In this document: positions 1 to 6,398 of the stretch, piece by piece
Position numbering within the stretch: the stretch's first letter is position 1
Layout of the letters: the number at the start of each line of letters is the position of its first letter
DNA from: a virus
Lineage: Duplodnaviria > Caudoviricetes
Virus record (IMG/VR): IMGVR_UViG_3300042199_000262
Span: 1 to 47,257 of that record
Strand: one strand, 5' to 3'
DNA length: 47,257 nucleotides
Notes under the pieces: generated by a model
Told to the model about the DNA's origin: nothing
The model's input: only the letters and a program-made list of their open reading frames with translations
Database searches by the model: none
Position numbers and translations under genes: made by a program

Positions 1-123
1 CATTTGTCGAAGGCAATTGCCACTTCGACCAAAAGAATCCCCATAAGCAAGCTGCTTCTGTCGAACAAGTTCTCCAACATCGTATCCGATATCTTCATAG
101 TTTTTAGGGTTATTGTTGCTCAT
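1..123 (-). CDS. Partial ORF running off the window; possible nucleotide-modification-associated (DUF1599/Nmad1-like) protein
   Basis: Hand translation MSNNNPKNYEDIGYDVGELVRQKQLAYGDSFGRSG...; the K..AYGDSF motif resembles that family. Confidence 0.45.
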   Translation of the reverse strand, partial: MSNNNPKNYEDIGYDVGELVRQKQLAYGDSFGRSGNCLRQM

Positions 124-286
124 CTTTGATTCTCTGTAGATCCGCTTTGATTTCCAGTAGGGCATCGAGCCTTCCCTTAGCGTAGTCTCGGAAACCTCTA
201 CCACTATCCATTAGAGTGCTGTTGTTGTAGATATTCAACCACTCTTGAACATTTTTATCCACTTGCTGCTTTAATTCGCTCAACAT
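110..286 (-). CDS. Hypothetical protein (58 aa, not in the ORF track)
   Basis: Hand translation MLSELKQQVDKNVQEWLNIY...KDEQQ*; overlaps both neighbours in the compact phage pattern. Confidence 0.6.
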   Translation of the reverse strand: MLSELKQQVDKNVQEWLNIYNNSTLMDSGRGFRDYAKGRLDALLEIKADLQRIKDEQQ

Positions 287-693
287 ATACTTTCTACAAT
301 TATTCCAGCTTTTGTCAAAAAGGCTATTCCGTCAGAATGATAGTTCTCATGGTAGACAACACGCTTTATTCCAGACTGAATAATTAGTTTGGAACATTCA
401 TAGCATGGTGCCATCGTAACGTATAATGTAGCTCCTTCTGAAGAACTTGTAGACCTTGCTAGTTTAGTTATAGCGTTAGATTCCGCATGAAGAACCTCTG
501 GTAGAGTTTTCCAAGTAATGGGATGCTCACAAACATTCGAGAATCCCTCGGGAGTTCCATTATATCCTTCTGAGATAATGTGCGTATCTTTTACAATAAT
601 ACAACCTACCTTGGCTCTATTAGCATAAGAGAGCTTGGCTAACTCTTTTGCCATAGCCATGTAAGTGTTGTCTAAGTTTTGTTGTGTTGCCAT
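280..693 (-). CDS. dCMP deaminase (ComEB-like)
   Basis: VGCIIVK, GYNGTP, HAESNAI, PCYEC zinc-deaminase motifs; SD-like GAGGA upstream. Confidence 0.92.
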   Translation of the reverse strand: MATQQNLDNTYMAMAKELAKLSYANRAKVGCIIVKDTHIISEGYNGTPEGFSNVCEHPITWKTLPEVLHAESNAITKLARSTSSSEGATLYVTMAPCYECSKLIIQSGIKRVVYHENYHSDGIAFLTKAGIIVESIC

Positions 694-736
694 AGTATCC
701 TCGGTTACTACATAATAGTATGGAGATGTTAAAACT

Positions 737-1726
737 ATGCCACTAAGACCAATATTACCTCAAGAACCTTTAGTTATATTAAATGCAGCAGTAGACCGTG
801 ATGGTGTCTATTGGAAAGGCTCACAGCCTAACAATTGCTCATTGACTAGCACTCATATTATAATGAACGGAGGTCGTGCAGGACTAATCTCTGATATGTC
901 TCCTGTGTTTACTAATCCCATTCTTCGTGATGTTTTAATCACAGTTAAGAAGGGAGATAAAATGACCACGATGTGGGGAGTTCGTCGCCACCAATTAAGA
1001 AACCCACAAACTATAAGAGTTCGTGTTGTAGATACTACTCGTCCTGCCTTGTTTGAAACTTCAGGAATTACCTACATGAAAGAACACGCCATATACGATG
1101 AAATCGAAAGTGGCGAAGCATTGTATGAATGTTGCTCTGGAGACAACATTCCAGCCCAATTACTACAGATTCGTCTTGCTGGTAACAGGTCTGACCCAAA
1201 GTGGGCCAATCCAAGACACATCGTCGTTACCGACATTCATGGAAATGAGATTGGACAAAAGAGAGGTTTAGCTAGAGCAGCCTTCGCTGTATCAATAAAG
1301 GATTCTGGTCCTAACGGAACTGTAGTTATAAAAGATCCATTCCTCAAGACTGTTCAACAAACACAAGTTGCTAAAAGATCAGATGGTACTTGGGCAGACT
1401 CATTTGCTGCTGTGTGCATCGAATACTGCAAATCACTAAATTGGACTGGTGGCTACATCGGATACAAGAATCCTAAGATGACCGCAGTTCAACTATTTGA
1501 TTTTGCAAATAAGGCAGGAGGACAAACGGGTCCAGAGGAAATCGTTATTGATGGTCTTACCTTAGATCACAACAATGGAATCACTTTGAGACTAGACAAT
1601 ACAACCAAGAAGGTTGATATTAGAAACTGTGTAGGTACTGGAGACATTACCATATTCAAGATGGCATCTGATGGTGTCTATCGTGTGTGGAAGAAAGTAC
1701 CAGTAGCTCAAGGATTCACTTACTAG
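737..1726 (+). CDS. Hypothetical protein, beta-strand rich
   Basis: 329-aa ORF with GGAG SD, no competing long ORF, no recognised motif. Confidence 0.7.
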   Translation: MPLRPILPQEPLVILNAAVDRDGVYWKGSQPNNCSLTSTHIIMNGGRAGLISDMSPVFTNPILRDVLITVKKGDKMTTMWGVRRHQLRNPQTIRVRVVDTTRPALFETSGITYMKEHAIYDEIESGEALYECCSGDNIPAQLLQIRLAGNRSDPKWANPRHIVVTDIHGNEIGQKRGLARAAFAVSIKDSGPNGTVVIKDPFLKTVQQTQVAKRSDGTWADSFAAVCIEYCKSLNWTGGYIGYKNPKMTAVQLFDFANKAGGQTGPEEIVIDGLTLDHNNGITLRLDNTTKKVDIRNCVGTGDITIFKMASDGVYRVWKKVPVAQGFTY

Positions 1727-1727
1727 A

Positions 1728-1817
1728 TGGTGCTGATGGTAGGAGTCGAGCCTACGGGGTCAATTTAATAACAACAGATTTACAGTCTGCTCCCGCCCCC
1801 TACGGGTCTACATCAGC
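1728..1817 (-). tRNA. tRNA-Tyr(GUA), atypical D and T arms
   Basis: Acceptor GCTGATG/CATCAGC-ACCA; anticodon arm GCAGA-CTGTAAA-TCTGT; long variable arm; T arm GTAGG-CTCGACT-CCTAC. Confidence 0.85.
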
Positions 1818-2248
1818 TTATAATATCGTAATCTTTTTTTATTTGCTTTGCCTTTGTTTAGAGCTTTATATGTGCTAGTGAGCGCATGGCAATTAGGACA
1901 TAATACTCTAAGATTTTCTGGTCTGTTATTTGTGCTATCACCATCAATGTGATCTATCTCTAAGGGACTCCTGTTGGTAACTGGATTAATTTTATTCCAA
2001 CCACATTGAATACATTTGTGATCTGCTTGTTCTAATAAGTAAGTTCTTATTGAATTTGATAGTTGATTTCCGTTATTTTTTGTGCCATCAAAAGTCCCCG
2101 ATTTCCAATTATTAACTTTTTGATCGCTCTGGTACTTTTGTTGACACTTTACAGAACAATATTTCCCCTTTTGAGCAGTTTGTAAGTATTCAAACTTAAT
2201 ATTGCAAAATTTACAAAGTGATTCTTTTCTTTTTTTTGGATTTGACAT
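1808..2248 (-). CDS. Free-standing HNH endonuclease with N-terminal Cys-rich domain
   Basis: CIQC...LEIDHIDGDSTNNRPENLRVLCPNCH; N-terminal CKFC...YCSVKC; ATG at 2248 (alternative 2266). Confidence 0.9.
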   Translation of the reverse strand: MSNPKKRKESLCKFCNIKFEYLQTAQKGKYCSVKCQQKYQSDQKVNNWKSGTFDGTKNNGNQLSNSIRTYLLEQADHKCIQCGWNKINPVTNRSPLEIDHIDGDSTNNRPENLRVLCPNCHALTSTYKALNKGKANKKRLRYYKLM

Positions 2249-2310
2249 AGTAGATCTCTTATACATATATATAGTAGATCTAGAGTTCAATTTTAAAAGA
2301 AATTTTAAGT

Positions 2311-2384
2311 TGGTGACTCCACCGAGACTCGAACTCGGATAGACTGGTTAAAAGCCAGATATTCTGCCATTGAATTATGGAGTC
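2311..2384 (-). tRNA. tRNA-Lys(UUU)
   Basis: GACTCCA/TGGAGTC-ACCA; anticodon loop CTTTTAA; T loop TTCGAGT. Confidence 0.92.
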
Positions 2385-2390
2385 ATGTAA

Positions 2391-2467
2391 TGGTATCCCC
2401 AGAAGGAATCGAACCTTCAACCTGATGATTAGAAATCATCTGCTCTTTCCTGTTGAGCTATGGGGAC
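2391..2467 (-). tRNA. tRNA-Arg(UCU)
   Basis: GTCCCCA/TGGGGAT-ACCA; GATGA-TTTCTAA-TCATC; GGTTCGATTCC. Confidence 0.95.
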
Positions 2468-2469
2468 TT

Positions 2470-2542
2470 GAAAAAAACCACAGGCTGTTATACCCGTGGC
2501 TCGGGAGGAACCTCCCCGACCACCATTCAAGAGGTGAATGGA
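2470..2542 (-). ncRNA. Three tandem hairpins ending in a U7 tract (small RNA and/or intrinsic terminator)
   Basis: Minus strand CCATTCA-CCTCT-TGAATGG, TCGGGGAG-GTTC-CTCCCGA, CCACGGG-TATAACAG-CCTGTGG-TTTTTTT. Confidence 0.5.
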
Positions 2543-2601
2543 TCGTTGTTTGGTAGGGATGGCGGGAATCGAACCCGCACGCCTTAGGGGCTTCAGATTT
2601 T

Positions 2602-3280
2602 CTTACTACTTCGGCTTTCACCGCTGCTATATACCTAAAGGGTACACGCATTTGTAGTCTGGACTATGCCTTTGCCTTTCCTAGTTACAGGAGTCAGGCA
2701 CTAACCGTCTAGTCTCTACACACATTACATTATTATGAAATATAAATACACCATTGAACAACTTAAAGAAGCTATAACAACTAGCAATTCTATTCGTGAA
2801 GTTTTAATGAGGCTTAATATCATTCCAGCAGGAGGGAATTATGCTACATTAAAAAAACAAATTAAGCTGCACAAATTAGATATATCACACTTCAAAGGCA
2901 AATCTTGGAACAAGAATAGAAAATTTGGACATAAACGTCCTATTGCATCTTATTTATGTAATCAATTCTCTATAACATCTCATCGTCTACGTCAAAGACT
3001 AATTCAAGAAGGTTTATTCAAACCTCAATGCTCAAATTGCAATCTTAAGAGTTGGTTAGGTAAAAATATACCTCTAGAATTAGATCATATTGACGGAGAT
3101 CATGAGAATAATAATCTTTGTAACTTAAGATTACTTTGTCCAAATTGCCATGCTCTTACACCTAATTATAGGGGTAAAAACATAAAAATGTAATTTGGCT
3201 CGGCGTTGCCATGTTAAAGGTTTCACCGAATTTGGTTAGTTCTCAGTAAAGGATTTCTCCTTTATGACTCATATAGTTAA
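2602..3280 (-). mobile_element. Group I intron (trnL-UAA / IC3-like), 679 nt
   Basis: IGS GAGTC pairs with exon GACTT (U.G at the splice site); P AAATTCGGTGAAACC; Q GGCAACGCCGAGCC; R GTAGAGACTAGACGG; S GGCATAGTCC; P3 ACTAACC/GGTTAGT; P7 GACTA/TAGTC; terminal G at 2602. Confidence 0.93.
2735..3193 (+). CDS. Intron-embedded HNH endonuclease, antisense to the intron
   Basis: CSNC...PLELDHIDGDHENNNLCNLRLLCPNCH; intact 152-aa ORF lying between intron elements Q and R. Confidence 0.92.
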   Translation: MKYKYTIEQLKEAITTSNSIREVLMRLNIIPAGGNYATLKKQIKLHKLDISHFKGKSWNKNRKFGHKRPIASYLCNQFSITSHRLRQRLIQEGLFKPQCSNCNLKSWLGKNIPLELDHIDGDHENNNLCNLRLLCPNCHALTPNYRGKNIKM

Positions 3281-3329
3281 AAGTCTGATGTGTCTGCCTA
3301 TTCCACCACATCCCCGTTATTTTAAAGAG

Positions 3330-3525
3330 CTAAGTTGCAATTTTAGTTTAACGCACGCAACGAAACATAATGGATAAATTGCAAAAACCCCCAACATAGC
3401 CACCTCTGTTCTTAACGTCCATCGGGCGAATGGTACTCGGACGTTTTCAGCTATGTCAAACGCTTGCTGTAGCCGCAGCGATAAAAAATGTACGCCATCG
3501 TTGACACTCAACAACGTACTCGCAT
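3330..3525 (-). ncRNA. Candidate structured RNA between tRNA-Asn and tRNA-Leu
   Basis: Several nested or tandem inverted repeats: 3335-43/3376-84, 3394-3400/3450-56, 3414-20/3439-45, 3466-69/3476-79, 3490-94/3515-19, 3500-04/3508-12. Confidence 0.55.
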
Positions 3526-3526
3526 T

Positions 3527-3601
3527 TGGCTCCTCGGGTAGGGCTCGAACCTACAACCAATCGGTTAACAGCCGATTGCTCTACCATTGAGCTACCGAGG
3601 A
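3527..3601 (-). tRNA. tRNA-Asn(GUU)
   Basis: TCCTCGG/CCGAGGA-GCCA; ATCGG-CTGTTAA-CCGAT; GGTTCGAG. Confidence 0.95.
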
Positions 3602-3609
3602 ACCTTCAA

Positions 3610-3846
3610 TCACAGAGTAGTATCATTCTTCCAGAAACCACCCTCAGGCTCAATCTCATCCGTAAGTCCGAGGATAACCTTGAGTTCGTTAGCAGTATCA
3701 ACAAGCTCATTACGTCGATTGATGATATTCTCACGTTGAGCATCAATTTGAGAAAGAGCATTATCCATCTGCTTAATACCTTGTTCAGCACCTTCGAGCA
3801 TCTGAGCAAGGAACTTATCACGCTTGTCAACAGTCTTTTCAGTCAT
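3610..3846 (-). CDS. Small coiled-coil hypothetical protein (78 aa)
   Basis: MTEKTVDKRDKFLAQMLEGAEQG...; AAGGA SD upstream; the longer start in the ORF track lies inside tRNA-Ile. Confidence 0.75.
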   Translation of the reverse strand: MTEKTVDKRDKFLAQMLEGAEQGIKQMDNALSQIDAQRENIINRRNELVDTANELKVILGLTDEIEPEGGFWKNDTTL

Positions 3847-3873
3847 AATTATATCCTTTCTGATATATTGTTT

Positions 3874-3950
3874 TGGTACGCCTACTTGGACTTGAACCAA
3901 GAACCTACCGCTTATAAGACGGCAACTCTAACCGATTGAGCTATAGGCGC
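3874..3950 (-). tRNA. tRNA-Ile(UAU)
   Basis: GCGCCTA/TAGGCGT-ACCA; GCCGT-CTTATAA-GCGGT; GGTTCAAGTCC. Confidence 0.92.
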
Positions 3951-3962
3951 GTTGTTCTATAG

Positions 3963-3969
3963 ATTATAG
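3963..3969 (-). promoter_or_regulatory. CTATAAT -10 element upstream of tRNA-Ile
   Basis: Consensus TATAAT 12 nt before the tRNA 5' end; the same CTATAAT recurs before several genes. Confidence 0.55.
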
Positions 3970-4002
3970 TCGCTGATAAGCTGGATTTTATTTATTTTCT
4001 TG

Positions 4003-4077
4003 TGGAGCGGAAAACGGGACTCGAACCCGCAACAGTCAGCTTGGAAGGCTGAAACTCTACCATTGAGTTATTTCCGC
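4003..4077 (-). tRNA. tRNA-Gly(UCC)
   Basis: GCGGAAA/TTTCCGC-TCCA; TCAGC-CTTCCAA-GCTGA; GGTTCGAGTCC. Confidence 0.95.
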
Positions 4078-4337
4078 TTGTCGCACTCACAGTATGTCGG
4101 GACACCCACAAACGTGCGAGTATCAGTCTCGCTATCATAGTCGCAAGTGTAGCATTTCATGTCCACAAAAACATCGGTAATAGCATGATGCTTAGTATTC
4201 TTAACAAAATTCTTTACAGCGTTAGCTACAATATACAAAACGCTTTCATTACTATCATCATTGTAGGTTGTGATGGCAGAATAACCATCTTCATCAAGCC
4301 AATGGATTTCTACATTCCAACGCTTACCGTGTGCCAT
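4068..4337 (-). CDS. Hypothetical protein with C-terminal CxxC...CxC
   Basis: 89-aa ORF directly after the Clp gene; stop codon lies inside tRNA-Gly. Confidence 0.65.
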   Translation of the reverse strand: MAHGKRWNVEIHWLDEDGYSAITTYNDDSNESVLYIVANAVKNFVKNTKHHAITDVFVDMKCYTCDYDSETDTRTFVGVPTYCECDKRK

Positions 4338-4345
4338 ATTAATTT

Positions 4346-5671
4346 TTAATTAGAGGATGTATTGAACTTCTTAGTATCTACAATACGAACTGCACCATCT
4401 ACGATACGAGGAGTATACAGGTCTTTATCCTTCGTCGGGACTACCTTGTTAAGGATTGCATCTGCAATCTTTCCTGATACGTTATTCTTGATAAATCTTG
4501 CGATATTTCTAGCTCCATACTCCTGAGAGTATCCACCCTCCGCTACAAATTCAACTAACGAATCTGTAGGCTTAATTGGCAGAGCTTCGAGTTGTAACTT
4601 GGCAATCTTCTTAACATCTTCCTTGCTGAGTGCATGGAATACTACAATATCATCAATACGGTTCAAGAACTCAGGACTGAAGTGACGCTTGATAGACTTG
4701 CGAATAATCTCCGATGAAATCTTCTCATCATTGGTTTTCTTTCTGTCGAATCCCATAGGTTCTTTATTAATTTCGGTAACACCTTGGTTAGAGGTGAAGA
4801 TAAAAATAGATTGGCTGAAGTCCAATACCTGTCCGAGGTTATCGGTACAAGTGCCATCATCGAGAAGTGAGAGAAGGAAATCATAGAGCTTGTGATGAGC
4901 CTTCTCAATCTCATCGAACAAGAATACCCAGCGATTAGATTGTTCTGCTTTCTCACCTAACAAACTCTTTTCGCTGTGCCCAATAAATCCTGGAGGAGAT
5001 CCGATCAACTTAGCGTACTCATGCCCGTGAGAGTATTCTGCACAGTTGACCTTGAAGAAGTTACCGCTGAACTTCTCACCAAGGATTTTTGCAATCTGAG
5101 TTTTGCCCACTCCCGTAGGTCCAACAAACAAGAATGAGCTATGCTTTGTTAAACCAGAAGCCATGAGCTTCATGGCATTAATCAATGCATCTATAGCCTC
5201 GTCTTGACCAACAATGTTAGTGTTGAAATGAATACGAAGATTCTCAAGATCCTCAATCGAGGACATTCCTAGACTATCATTGAGTCCTCGATTCTTAGCC
5301 TTGCGCTTGAGCATAGCGAGGAACTTGTGTTCCATGCCACTCATAAACGTCTGAGCATTTAGATCCGTACAGATAAACTCCAGAGAGAATGGAGGATATA
5401 GATCAATGATAGCCTTGTATGCAGCATTCAAAGCAATTTCACGATCTTCTACATCTTCAGGTAGCTGATCTACGAAGGCATCGCCCTCCATCATAAACTT
5501 GCGAACAATAAATACCTTATAATCCTCCACCTTGATCGGTGTTTGTTCGGACATAATCTTTTTACGAAGTGAATCGTAAATCTTTTTTTCCTCCTCAAGG
5601 GAGAAACCACGAACAAAAAGAACTAAATCTAGTTCTGGAGAAACTACACGGTATGTTTTTTTGTTAGTCAT
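4346..5671 (-). CDS. Clp/Hsp100 ATPase with a single ClpA/B D2-type AAA+ module
   Basis: IVGQDEAI, Walker A GPTGVGKT, pore loop GSPPGFIG, Walker B FDEIEKAH, FIFTSN, FSPEFLNRID, YGARNI. Confidence 0.9.
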   Translation of the reverse strand: MTNKKTYRVVSPELDLVLFVRGFSLEEEKKIYDSLRKKIMSEQTPIKVEDYKVFIVRKFMMEGDAFVDQLPEDVEDREIALNAAYKAIIDLYPPFSLEFICTDLNAQTFMSGMEHKFLAMLKRKAKNRGLNDSLGMSSIEDLENLRIHFNTNIVGQDEAIDALINAMKLMASGLTKHSSFLFVGPTGVGKTQIAKILGEKFSGNFFKVNCAEYSHGHEYAKLIGSPPGFIGHSEKSLLGEKAEQSNRWVFLFDEIEKAHHKLYDFLLSLLDDGTCTDNLGQVLDFSQSIFIFTSNQGVTEINKEPMGFDRKKTNDEKISSEIIRKSIKRHFSPEFLNRIDDIVVFHALSKEDVKKIAKLQLEALPIKPTDSLVEFVAEGGYSQEYGARNIARFIKNNVSGKIADAILNKVVPTKDKDLYTPRIVDGAVRIVDTKKFNTSSN

Positions 5672-6002
5672 TAATTAAACTATCTAATTCGGTGAATACT
5701 GAATTTTCTTGTCCCTTAGATGCCTTAGTTGTATTAGAGTCTGAAGGCTCCTCCATTTTAATAACTAACCCTAGAATCTTAATTACGTTATTTTTAGATG
5801 CCTGAGCTACTTTAAGTGAATCTACCATTAAAGCCTTGGCAGTAGAATCCATAGGGTTATTGTCCACCATTTCTCTGAAGAAACGGTGAGCATCCAAAGC
5901 GAGCTTTCTATCCTCTATGGATTCTTCTATTAGCTTTTTAGCTATTCTCTGAATTCTGGTTGGGCCAAGAATCGAAGTTTTCGGTATATAATTTGTTGGC
6001 AT
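5664..6002 (-). CDS. Hypothetical protein
   Basis: 112-aa helical ORF overlapping the start of the Clp gene. Confidence 0.7.
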   Translation of the reverse strand: MPTNYIPKTSILGPTRIQRIAKKLIEESIEDRKLALDAHRFFREMVDNNPMDSTAKALMVDSLKVAQASKNNVIKILGLVIKMEEPSDSNTTKASKGQENSVFTELDSLIND

Positions 6003-6168
6003 ACATAAGCTCCTTCTTGGTATCTAGCATCCTTTTGTACTTGGAGTCAATGTTTTTCTGAACAAACCAAGTGAATACATTGTACCATTCGTCGTAAGTA
6101 ATTTCCGTATCATGCGAAAACGCAGGATACCAAGGCAGATAAGGTGAATTAACTTCTAGATTATTCAT
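5938..6168 (-). CDS. Hypothetical protein
   Basis: TAATG coupling to the upstream ORF; 65-nt overlap with the downstream gene. Confidence 0.55.
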   Translation of the reverse strand: MNNLEVNSPYLPWYPAFSHDTEITYDEWYNVFTWFVQKNIDSKYKRMLDTKKELMYANKLYTENFDSWPNQNSENS

Positions 6169-6398
6169 TATATAATTTCAATTCTAACAATGTCAGCACT
6201 TAAAATTTGTGCATTATTAGGTAAATTAAATTTAGCTTCGGTTTTTTTGATGGTTTCTATCACATCAGTTGTAATAGGGTGTTTTATTTTAAATTCCAAA
6301 GAAACTCTTACCGTAGTTTCTTCTGTAACTATTTGACTAGTTTGAGTCACAGTTAAAGGTACTCTTTCTTGTTTGTCTTTCCATAACCAATTTATCAT
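6168..6398 (-). CDS. Hypothetical protein
   Basis: ATGA overlap with the oxygenase gene. Confidence 0.6.
   Translation of the reverse strand: MINWLWKDKQERVPLTVTQTSQIVTEETTVRVSLEFKIKHPITTDVIETIKKTEAKFNLPNNAQILSADIVRIEII

Larger units (their letters stand above)
2551..3315 (-). tRNA. trnL: tRNA-Leu(UAA), split: 5' exon 3281-3315, 3' exon 2551-2601
   Basis: GGGGATGTGGTGGAATAGGCAGACACATCAGACTT joined to AAAATCTGAAGCCCCTAAGGCGTGCGGGTTCGATTCCCGCCATCCCTACCA gives the anticodon arm TCAGA-CTTAAAA-TCTGA. Confidence 0.93.

Noticed and set aside
2436-2651. 71-aa minus-strand ORF (and 1687-1878 on plus)
   Set aside because: Reads through intron and tRNA sequence, or is antisense to tRNA-Tyr
3244-3315. 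Reading the 5' exon as a tRNA-Lys(UUU) fragment or pseudogene (loop CTTTTAA)
   Set aside because: P1 pairing and the terminal G fix the splice sites, giving UAA with a Leu-type long variable arm
3317-3514. 65-aa ORF or tmRNA in the structured spacer
   Set aside because: TTG start without SD; no tRNA-like ends or convincing tag reading frame
3526-3939. 137-aa plus-strand ORF
   Set aside because: Translates the antisense of tRNA-Asn, a small gene and tRNA-Ile
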